A stretch of 32,000 nt of DNA from positions 2,100,001 to 2,132,000 of the forward strand of contig NC_007614.1 in the NCBI RefSeq assembly GCF_000196355.1, read 5' to 3'. Positions 1-8,500 of the stretch are shown in pieces. The stretch comes from Nitrosospira multiformis ATCC 25196. Lineage in GTDB: Bacteria > Pseudomonadota > Gammaproteobacteria > Burkholderiales > Nitrosomonadaceae. The position numbers were made by a program, and so were the translations under genes. The number at the start of each line of letters is the position of its first letter. Within the stretch, counting starts at the first letter, position 1. The notes beneath the pieces are model-generated. The model saw only the letters and a program-made list of their open reading frames with translations. It was not told the origin of the DNA and made no database searches.

Positions 1-2034
1 GACGCTCACGCCCTTTGGTTTACCTGTGGAGCCTGAGGTATAGATGACATAGGCAAGGTTGTGTCCATGCAGGACGGCTTGCGGATTGCTGTCGGATTCA
101 TCCTCGAGGTCGAGCCTGTCCAGCTCCAGCACCGGATATTGGCCGGAGTGGGGAATGCGCGATCGAACCCGGCTTTGCGTCAGCAACAGCCCGATGCCAC
201 TGTCTGCCACCATGTAGGCCAGCCGCTCCTGCGGATATTCCGGATCAAGCGGCACATATGCTCCGCCCGCCTTCAGGGTGGCAAGCAACCCCACCACCAT
301 GTCGATCGAGCGCTCCACCGCAATGCCCACCTTGACCTCCGGCCCAACCCCAAGCCTGATCAAACGGTGCGCCAGGCGGTTCGCCCTTCGGTTCAGCTCG
401 CCGTAGCTCAATTCGACATCGCCAAAGATCAGGGCAATCGCTTCCGGCTGGACTTCAACCTGCCGCTCGATCAGCCTGTGCACGGGCTCGGTATTGGCGT
501 AGCGCTGCTCGTTGATCCCCCAGGCCTTGAGCTGCGCCCGCTCGGCTTCACTGAGGATGTCGATGTCGCCAAGGTTCTGCTGCGGATGCTCGGCCAGTTG
601 CTCCAGAAGAAGCAGATAATGGTTGCCAAGCCGCCCAATGGTGGCAGGTTCAAACAGCTCGGCGGCATAGGTGAAGGTGGCTTCCAGCCTGCCATCGGGC
701 TGCTCGACCGTATCCAGGGTCAGTTCGAACTGCGCCGCCTGCTCGCTCAGCTCGTGATTTTCCACCTTGAGCCCGGGCAATTGCTCGAGTGCCCGGTAGT
801 CTTCGCGCAGGTGGTTGTACATGACCTGAAACAGAGGATTCTGATTCAGGTTGCGTTCGGGTTGCAGGGCTTCAACCAGTCGCTCGAACGGCAAATCCTG
901 GTGGGTCTGGGCACCCAGCGCTGCTTCCCGCGTCTGATCGAGCAACGTATGCAGGGACATGCGCCCATCCATGAGGGTGCGCAATACCTGGGTATTGACG
1001 AAGAAGCCGACGATGTTTTCTATTTCAGCCCGATGCCGGTTGGCAATCGGCACGCCCACGCGGATATCCCGCTGGCCGGTATAGCGATAGAGCAGGCCTT
1101 GAAAGCCCGAGAGCAGCGCCATGAACAGGGTCGCTCCCTGGCTTTGCGCCTGACGCTGCAAGCGTGTAACCAGACCCGCAGGTAATGTGAAGGTGTGGCG
1201 CGCCGCACGGTAACTGGCCCTGGAAGATCGGGGGTGATCGGTGGGCAATTGCAATACCGGGTGCTCTTCCCCCAACTGGCTGCGCCAGTAGGCCAGCTGG
1301 CGCTCTTTTTCTCCCGCTTCCAGCCAGTTGCGCTGCCATATCGCGTAATCGGCATACTGGATCGGCAGGGCCGGCAGGGAGGGTTCCTGCCCCTGTTTCT
1401 CCCCCTCCTGCTCCTGCTGCACCCGTGCCCGATAGTGGGCGGCAAATTCGTCAATGACAATGCGGTTGGACCAGGCGTCCGAGATGATGTGGTGCATCAC
1501 CACCACGAGAAGATGTTCTTCCGCTGCAATGCGGATGAGGGCAACCCGAAGCAGCGGGCCTTGCGTCAGATCAAAGGGCGTGCCGGCTATCCGGCCCGCT
1601 TCTTCACCGGCTTGCGCTCTGGCTTGTTCCAGCGGCAGTCCGGAAAAGTCGGTCAGCGGAATTTCAAGCCGCGGCTCGTCTTCGATGATCTGCTCCGGCA
1701 ACCCTTCCGAATTGACCCTGAATATCGTACGCAACGACTCATGCCGCCTGCCCAGCGCCGCAAAGCTCCAACGCAGCGCTTCAATATCCACCCTGCCCGT
1801 CAGCCGCAATCCCCCGCTCAAATGATAAGCCGTGCTCAACGGCTCCAATTGCCATAAAAACCAGTGACGCTCCTGTGCGTATGAGAGTGCGCTACGGTTT
1901 CCCGTTTTTTGCGGAACAATGGGAAGAAGAGAAAAATCGAATCCCCGTTTTTTCAGGGCATTCAGGAATTCTTTCTGTTTCTCGGGAGCAAGGGCTGCGA
2001 ACCGCTCGGCAATATCCTGCTTGTTCAATTCCAT
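1..2034 (-). CDS. Non-ribosomal peptide synthetase, condensation domain plus N-terminal part of adenylation domain (gene continues beyond left edge)
   Basis: Read by reverse translation; missing from the ORF track because it runs off the edge. ATG at 2034..2032 directly abuts the TGA (2037..2035) of the upstream NRPS. N-terminus MELNKQDIAERFAALAPEKQKEFLNALKKRGFDFSLLPIVPQKTGNRSALSYAQERHWFLWQLEPLSTAYH..., C-domain HHxxxD, and A-domain core YTSGSTGKPKGVSV at positions ~1-45. Confidence 0.93.
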   Translation of the reverse strand, partial: MELNKQDIAERFAALAPEKQKEFLNALKKRGFDFSLLPIVPQKTGNRSALSYAQERHWFLWQLEPLSTAYHLSGGLRLTGRVDIEALRWSFAALGRRHESLRTIFRVNSEGLPEQIIEDEPRLEIPLTDFSGLPLEQARAQAGEEAGRIAGTPFDLTQGPLLRVALIRIAAEEHLLVVVMHHIISDAWSNRIVIDEFAAHYRARVQQEQEGEKQGQEPSLPALPIQYADYAIWQRNWLEAGEKERQLAYWRSQLGEEHPVLQLPTDHPRSSRASYRAARHTFTLPAGLVTRLQRQAQSQGATLFMALLSGFQGLLYRYTGQRDIRVGVPIANRHRAEIENIVGFFVNTQVLRTLMDGRMSLHTLLDQTREAALGAQTHQDLPFERLVEALQPERNLNQNPLFQVMYNHLREDYRALEQLPGLKVENHELSEQAAQFELTLDTVEQPDGRLEATFTYAAELFEPATIGRLGNHYLLLLEQLAEHPQQNLGDIDILSEAERAQLKAWGINEQRYANTEPVHRLIERQVEVQPEAIALIFGDVELSYGELNRRANRLAHRLIRLGVGPEVKVGIAVERSIDMVVGLLATLKAGGAYVPLDPEYPQERLAYMVADSGIGLLLTQSRVRSRIPHSGQYPVLELDRLDLEDESDSNPQAVLHGHNLAYVIYTSGSTGKPKGVSV
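161..1887. repeat. Copy 1 of ~1727-bp direct repeat (NRPS C domain + A-domain N-terminal part)
   Basis: Same sequence as 3584..5310 at constant offset 3423 wherever compared. Translated ORFs on both strands are identical (e.g. 471..695 vs 3894..4118, 1020..1460 vs 4443..4883, 1195..1857 vs 4618..5280). Confidence 0.93.
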
Positions 2035-5000
2035 TCAACTCTCCAGTAAATCAAGCAATTCCGCCATTCCCAACAGGTCCTCCTGCTCCGCGTCTTTTTC
2101 GGATGCCCGGGACCGTTTTTCCTGGATGGCAGAAGCAATATCCTTCAGCAGGGGATTCTCGAAATGCAGCCGCAAAGGCAACGAAATGGATAGGGCTTGT
2201 TGCAGTTTCTGCTGAACCTGGAGGATAGCGAGCGAATGTCCCCCCAGTTCAAAGAAGTTGTCATGCCGTCCCACCTGCGCCACACCCAGCACCTGCGCCC
2301 AGATACCTGCCAGCACCTCTTCCGCTTCCCCCCGCGGCGCCTCATAATGCTCCGTATGGGTAAACTCCGGCTCGGGCAAGGCCTTGCGGTCTACCTTGCC
2401 GCTCGGATTGAGCGGCAGACTCTCCAGCACCACAATCATTGAGGGCAGCATGTAGTCTGGCAAAACCTTGCCCAACGCTTCACGCAGTCGCCCAACTTCC
2501 ATCTCCGCTTCCGCATGCAAGGAAACATAGGCAACGAGTCTTGCTCCTCCCGCAGGATTGGAGCCGCGGGCACTTTCCCTGGCAACCACCACCGCTTCCC
2601 TGACTTCCGGTTGCGCCAGCAGTTGCATTTCGATTTCGCCCAGCTCGATGCGGAATCCCCGTATCTTGACCTGATGATCCAGCCGCCCCAGATATTCGAT
2701 CTGCCCGTCCGAGCGCCATCTTGCCAGATCTCCCGTGCGGTAGAGTCGTCCGCCTCCTCCATCGAAGGGATCGGCTATGAAACGCTCCGCCGTCAATCCT
2801 CCACGGTTGAGATAGCCGCGAGCGAGCAATTCCCCTCCTATGCACAGCTCACCGGGAATTCCAGGGGAAACAGGAGTCAGGTTGGCGTCCAGCAGATAGA
2901 TATGACGGGCGGCAAGCGGACTGCCAATCGACACAATAGGGACAATGGACACTTGGGAGGATATTTCGTTACCCTGCGAATAATCGCTGCAATTCCATAC
3001 GGTCGCGGTCACAGCGGCTTCGGTCGGACCGTAGGTATTCAGCAGGGTCACACCGTCGAATCCCGCCTCGCTCCAGGCTTTGAGTCCTTCAGGCGACATG
3101 GCCTCACCGCCCGCATGAACCTGGCGTAACAACCCGTAGTCGCGTGGACCCCCTCTGGCAAAATCCTGCACCAGCATGAACCAGTAGGCGGTGGTAAGAT
3201 CGGCAACCGTGATGCGCTTTTCGATCAGCTCGCGATAGAAAGTCTCGCTGTCCCACAGCGCCGGGCCGCGCAAGACAACGGCGGCTCCCGCGCACAAGGG
3301 GGGGAAAAGCTGTTCGATAAACCCATCGAAGTTGATGGTGGAAAATTGCAACATCCGGTCTGTGGAACCAAGACCGAAGAAGCCTACCGCTACCTGTGCA
3401 TGCTCAACCAGCGCATGATGCGCTACACTTACGCCCTTTGGTTTACCTGTGGAGCCTGAGGTATAGATGATGTAGGCAAGGTTGTATCCATGCAGGGCGA
3501 CTTGCGGGTTGCTGCCGGATTCCTCCTCGAGATCGAGCCTGTCCAGCTCCAGTACCACGCATTGGTCGGAATGGGGAATGGCGGATCGAACCCGGCTTTG
3601 CGTCAGCAACAGCCCGATGCCACTGTCTGCCACCATGTAGGCCAGCCGCTCCTGCGGATATTCCGGATCAAGCGGCACATATGCTCCGCCCGCCTTCAGG
3701 GTGGCAAGCAACCCCACCACCATGTCGATCGAGCGCTCCACCGCAATGCCCACCTTGACCTCCGGCCCAACCCCAAGCCTGATCAAACGGTGCGCCAGGC
3801 GGTTCGCCCTTCGGTTCAGCTCGCCGTAGCTCAATTCGACATCGCCAAAGATCAGGGCAATCGCTTCCGGCTGGACTTCAACCTGCCGCTCGATCAGCCT
3901 GTGCACGGGCTCGGTATTGGCGTAGCGCTGCTCGTTGATCCCCCAGGCCTTGAGCTGCGCCCGCTCGGCTTCACTGAGGATGTCGATGTCGCCAAGGTTC
4001 TGCTGCGGATGCTCGGCCAGTTGCTCCAGAAGAAGCAGATAATGGTTGCCAAGCCGCCCAATGGTGGCAGGTTCAAACAGCTCGGCGGCATAGGTGAAGG
4101 TGGCTTCCAGCCTGCCATCGGGCTGCTCGACCGTATCCAGGGTCAGTTCGAACTGCGCCGCCTGCTCGCTCAGCTCGTGATTTTCCACCTTGAGCCCGGG
4201 CAATTGCTCGAGTGCCCGGTAGTCTTCGCGCAGGTGGTTGTACATGACCTGAAACAGAGGATTCTGATTCAGGTTGCGTTCGGGTTGCAGGGCTTCAACC
4301 AGTCGCTCGAACGGCAAATCCTGGTGGGTCTGGGCACCCAGCGCTGCTTCCCGCGTCTGATCGAGCAACGTATGCAGGGACATGCGCCCATCCATGAGGG
4401 TGCGCAATACCTGGGTATTGACGAAGAAGCCGACGATGTTTTCTATTTCAGCCCGATGCCGGTTGGCAATCGGCACGCCCACGCGGATATCCCGCTGGCC
4501 GGTATAGCGATAGAGCAGGCCTTGAAAGCCCGAGAGCAGCGCCATGAACAGGGTCGCTCCCTGGCTTTGCGCCTGACGCTGCAAGCGTGTAACCAGACCC
4601 GCAGGTAATGTGAAGGTGTGGCGCGCCGCACGGTAACTGGCCCTGGAAGATCGGGGGTGATCGGTGGGCAATTGCAATACCGGGTGCTCTTCCCCCAACT
4701 GGCTGCGCCAGTAGGCCAGCTGGCGCTCTTTTTCTCCCGCTTCCAGCCAGTTGCGCTGCCATATCGCGTAATCGGCATACTGGATCGGCAGGGCCGGCAG
4801 GGAGGGTTCCTGCCCCTGTTTCTCCCCCTCCTGCTCCTGCTGCACCCGTGCCCGATAGTGGGCGGCAAATTCGTCAATGACAATGCGGTTGGACCAGGCG
4901 TCCGAGATGATGTGGTGCATCACCACCACGAGAAGATGTTCTTCCGCTGCAATGCGGATGAGGGCAACCCGAAGCAGCGGGCCTTGCGTCAGATCAAAGG

Positions 5001-5451
5001 GCGTGCCGGCTATCCGGCCCGCTTCTTCACCGGCTTGCGCTCTGGCTTGTTCCAGCGGCAGTCCGGAAAAGTCGGTCAGCGGAATTTCAAGCCGCGGCTC
5101 GTCTTCGATGATCTGCTCCGGCAACCCTTCCGAATTGACCCTGAATATCGTACGCAACGACTCATGCCGCCTGCCCAGCGCCGCAAAGCTCCAACGCAGC
5201 GCTTCAATATCCACCCTGCCCGTCAGCCGCAATCCCCCGCTCAAATGATAAGCCGTGCTCAACGGCTCCAATTGCCATAAAAACCAGTGACGCTCCTGTG
5301 CGTATGAGAGCGGCACCCGCGCGGAAGCATTGCGGCAAGGGATATTCGATTGAAGTGCTGGAGCATGAGCTCCGGCCAGCCGCTGCGCCAGCCTCTCCCG
5401 TTGCTCGGGGGTCAGGCGGGCGCGTCTTTGAACTAGACTGCTGCTATGCAT
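2035..5451 (-). CDS. Non-ribosomal peptide synthetase, C-A-PCP module
   Basis: 1138 aa. C domain (SYAQERHWFLWQLEP, MHHIISDA), A domain (YIIYTSGSTGKPKGVSV, NTYGPTEAAV, YRTGDLARWRSDGQIEYLGRLDHQVKIRGFRIELGEIE, LPLNPSGKVDRKALP), PCP (DNFFELGGHSL). Confidence 0.97.
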   Translation of the reverse strand: MHSSSLVQRRARLTPEQRERLAQRLAGAHAPALQSNIPCRNASARVPLSYAQERHWFLWQLEPLSTAYHLSGGLRLTGRVDIEALRWSFAALGRRHESLRTIFRVNSEGLPEQIIEDEPRLEIPLTDFSGLPLEQARAQAGEEAGRIAGTPFDLTQGPLLRVALIRIAAEEHLLVVVMHHIISDAWSNRIVIDEFAAHYRARVQQEQEGEKQGQEPSLPALPIQYADYAIWQRNWLEAGEKERQLAYWRSQLGEEHPVLQLPTDHPRSSRASYRAARHTFTLPAGLVTRLQRQAQSQGATLFMALLSGFQGLLYRYTGQRDIRVGVPIANRHRAEIENIVGFFVNTQVLRTLMDGRMSLHTLLDQTREAALGAQTHQDLPFERLVEALQPERNLNQNPLFQVMYNHLREDYRALEQLPGLKVENHELSEQAAQFELTLDTVEQPDGRLEATFTYAAELFEPATIGRLGNHYLLLLEQLAEHPQQNLGDIDILSEAERAQLKAWGINEQRYANTEPVHRLIERQVEVQPEAIALIFGDVELSYGELNRRANRLAHRLIRLGVGPEVKVGIAVERSIDMVVGLLATLKAGGAYVPLDPEYPQERLAYMVADSGIGLLLTQSRVRSAIPHSDQCVVLELDRLDLEEESGSNPQVALHGYNLAYIIYTSGSTGKPKGVSVAHHALVEHAQVAVGFFGLGSTDRMLQFSTINFDGFIEQLFPPLCAGAAVVLRGPALWDSETFYRELIEKRITVADLTTAYWFMLVQDFARGGPRDYGLLRQVHAGGEAMSPEGLKAWSEAGFDGVTLLNTYGPTEAAVTATVWNCSDYSQGNEISSQVSIVPIVSIGSPLAARHIYLLDANLTPVSPGIPGELCIGGELLARGYLNRGGLTAERFIADPFDGGGGRLYRTGDLARWRSDGQIEYLGRLDHQVKIRGFRIELGEIEMQLLAQPEVREAVVVARESARGSNPAGGARLVAYVSLHAEAEMEVGRLREALGKVLPDYMLPSMIVVLESLPLNPSGKVDRKALPEPEFTHTEHYEAPRGEAEEVLAGIWAQVLGVAQVGRHDNFFELGGHSLAILQVQQKLQQALSISLPLRLHFENPLLKDIASAIQEKRSRASEKDAEQEDLLGMAELLDLLES
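3584..5310. repeat. Copy 2 of ~1727-bp direct repeat
   Basis: See copy 1 (161..1887). Identity stops abruptly at 1888 T / 5311 C and drops sharply below 161/3584. Confidence 0.93.
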
Positions 5452-5517
5452 GATGGTGCGGATAAAAATGATGGAACATCGGGAGATGGAATGGCTTCAC
5501 ATCAAAGGGGCGGGAAA

Positions 5518-8500
5518 TCATAGGCACTCGATCTCGTCCAGTAATTTCGTTTCTACCAGCTCGGCGAGACCTGCAACGGTGGGGGACCGGAAAAAATCTG
5601 CAGGACGCATGTCGATTCCGAAAACTGCCCGCACTCTCGAAAGCAGTTGAATACCCAGCAACGAATCCCCCCCCAATTCAAACAGATTGTCATGAATACC
5701 GACGGCATCCATTCCAAGCAAGCTCTGCCAGATCTCTGCAATGCTCTTCTCCAGATCGCTCTCTGGAGCGACAAAGGCCGTGTCCAGGGCAGGTCGCGGA
5801 TAGTGCGGCTGGCCCCCCTGCTCATGCTGCCCGTTCTCCGCCAGCGCGAAAGGCTCTCCGACGAGGGTTACCAGATCCTCCTGCGTCTGATTGAGGCGGG
5901 CGTGCAAGTCAAGGGTGGAGACGATCACCTGGGGCCTGACCACGTTATTGACGATGTGCTCGAAAGCCTCAGCGCCTTCCCTGGGTGAAATTCCCATCCC
6001 CTCGGGCATTGCCATGTTGGCCGCCATCCCCACGTCCCGCCAGCCATCCCAGTTAACGGATATGACGGGAAATGTGAAGCCGCTATGGGCGGAACGGGTA
6101 GCCCCGCGGGCGACAGCATCGAGGTAGGCATTGGCGGCACAGTAATCGACCTTGCTGAGGCCACCCGCAATGGCTGCCAGCGATGAGCACAGCAGCATGA
6201 AATCCAGGGAGGCATCCCTGAATACAGCCTGCAATGCCTGCGTTCCCTGTACCTTGGGGGCAAACACTTTCGCCACCTCCCCCCCGTTTTTCACCGAAAT
6301 GAGATCGGTACCGACCTCTCCCGCGGAATGAATCACGCCGTGAATAGCACCGAAGTGCTCATAGGCCTGTGTCACCGCCGTCTTCAACTCCGCCTGGATC
6401 GCAACGTCGGCCTGCAATACCAGCACTTCCGCGCCCAACGCCTCCAGGTGCATGACTTTCTCGATCTTGCTGCGCGTGCGGTCTGCTTTTTCCGCTGCTG
6501 AAATGACATTGGACCACTGCTCGCGGGCTGGAAGCAGGGAGCGTCCCATCAGCACCAGCTTTGCGCGATAGTTGCGCGTCAGATGCTCGGCCAGCGTCAG
6601 GCCGATGCCGCCGAGGCCACCGGTAATCAGATAGACGCCGCCATTTCGAAGGCGCAGGTGCGCTTTCCCCGGTTTCCCACATTGAATGGGTTCGAAAGTC
6701 TGAATCCAGCGGTGGGGTCCCCGGTAGGCGACCATTGAGGAAACCGGCTCAGCCTGAGACTCGGCCACTATCTGATGCACAAGCCGGTTTTTTGCAGTAC
6801 CGTCGCCTGCAGGCAACTCGATATCAACCAGCCGGCAGCTCAGGTAGGCGTATTCCTGGGGAATGACCTTGCAGGGTCCAAGCAGCAGTGCTTTTTCCGG
6901 GCGAAGGGATTCGCTGCCGGTGACATCCTCGAACTGGTCGGTGATGACCATGATTTCGACCTTCGCCTCGCTCGGGATCACCTGTTTGGCACTCTCCAGC
7001 GCCTGGGCGAGATAAAACAGACTGAAGAAATTCCTGGCCTCGATTTCCACTTGATTTTCGACCTGGCTTTCCCTATAAATGCGCCCGCCGCCATTTCCGG
7101 TCAGGCTCCACAAGTGAAAGATATGGCCGAGGGTCCTGCCATCCTCGTCGATGTTGCGCAACAGAAGATCGTAATCCTGACGTTCGCCCGGACGGACAAC
7201 ATAGTGGTCCTTGTCCTGACGGTAAAAGGCCGGGCCCGCGGAGACAACGATTGGCTTTATTCCCAGCGTAAGCAAATGCCCTGTCAGGGCCACCCCGAAG
7301 GGATGATCATCTGCGAAGAGGATGAATGATCTTCCCTGATCCAGGAGGATGCTCTCTTGTTCAATGCTGTCCGAGCGGCGCCACGAAGGGGTGTAAAACC
7401 ATTCATCGAGCGGTCGAACTACCGGCCCGGCATTATCCCTCACCTGCCGGCGTGCACCTGGCTCAAGGCCAGCCATGAGCCTGGGCCTGTCTTCTTCCCC
7501 CACTGCCTTTGCAGTCTTCGCAGTCTTTTGGTTTCCGGGCTTGATCCAGTATGACTGGCGTTCGAATGGGTAAGTCGGCAAGGAGACGCGGCGGCGGCGC
7601 TCGTCAGCGTAAAAACTCCTCCAATCGATATCGACCCCGGCAAGCCACAATCGTCCCAGGCAAAGATAAAAATGTGCTTGAGATTGGTTTGCTCTGCCAG
7701 GATGGGGCAAGGATGAAAGGATGAGGTGTTCCGGTTTTGCTTCGGAGTGACGCCGCGCAAGGGTAGTCAATGTTTCGCCCGGTCCCACCTCCAGCAGGAT
7801 TCGATTGGGATTGCCCAACAGCTCGCGCAGTCCATCATCGAAGCGTACCGTCCCGCGCACGTGCTGTCTCCAATACCCGGGATCAGTGGCTTCCTGCGAA
7901 GTAATCCAGTCGCCGCTGAGATTGGAAAGAAAGGGAATCTGCGGGGGGTGCAACTCCATGGCCGAAATCAGCTCCATGAAAGCCGGCAACATCGGCTCGA
8001 CCTGTGCGGAGTGAAATGCATGGGAAACATGAAGGCGTCGCGCCTCGACACCTTTATTACGCAGATCGGTTTCCAACGCTTCAATGGCGGCGACCGGGCC
8101 TGAAAGAACGCACAATTCAGGCCCGTTGACAGCGGCGAGATCGCAGCTTTCCGACAGGTAAGGCGTGATTTCCGCCTCGGGCAGCATGACCGCGAGCATG
8201 GCGCCCGTCTCCGTCTGCTGAAGCAAGCGTCCGCGCAAGGCAACCAGGCGTAGCGCGTCTTTGAGCGAAAATATGCCCGCAAGACATGCCGCGACGTATT
8301 CGCCTACACTGTGACCGATCATTGCCGCCGGTTGGATGCCCCAGGACATCCATAGCTGTGCAAGAGCATATTCGACGGCAAAGAGTGCGGGCTGGGTAAC
8401 TTCCGTCTGTTCGAGGCGCGCGGACAACTCCTTCTTCCGCGCCTCATCCCCACCTTCAAGGTTAGGGTCAAGGTTAGGATATAAGGCGGTGCGCAAGTCG

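Noticed and set aside
61-4608. Long plus-strand ORFs of 374 and 372 aa (61..1185 and 3490..4608), their partner 220-aa ORFs, and other plus-strand ORFs such as 14820..15635.
   Set aside because: They are antisense to clear NRPS domains, show no recognizable family, and are Arg/Gln/His-rich as expected from reading GC-rich codons in reverse. They are duplicated only because the underlying NRPS DNA is duplicated.
5450-5650. 66-aa plus-strand ORF in the gap between the PKS and NRPS genes.
   Set aside because: It mostly overlaps the PKS 3' end on the opposite strand and has no family signature.
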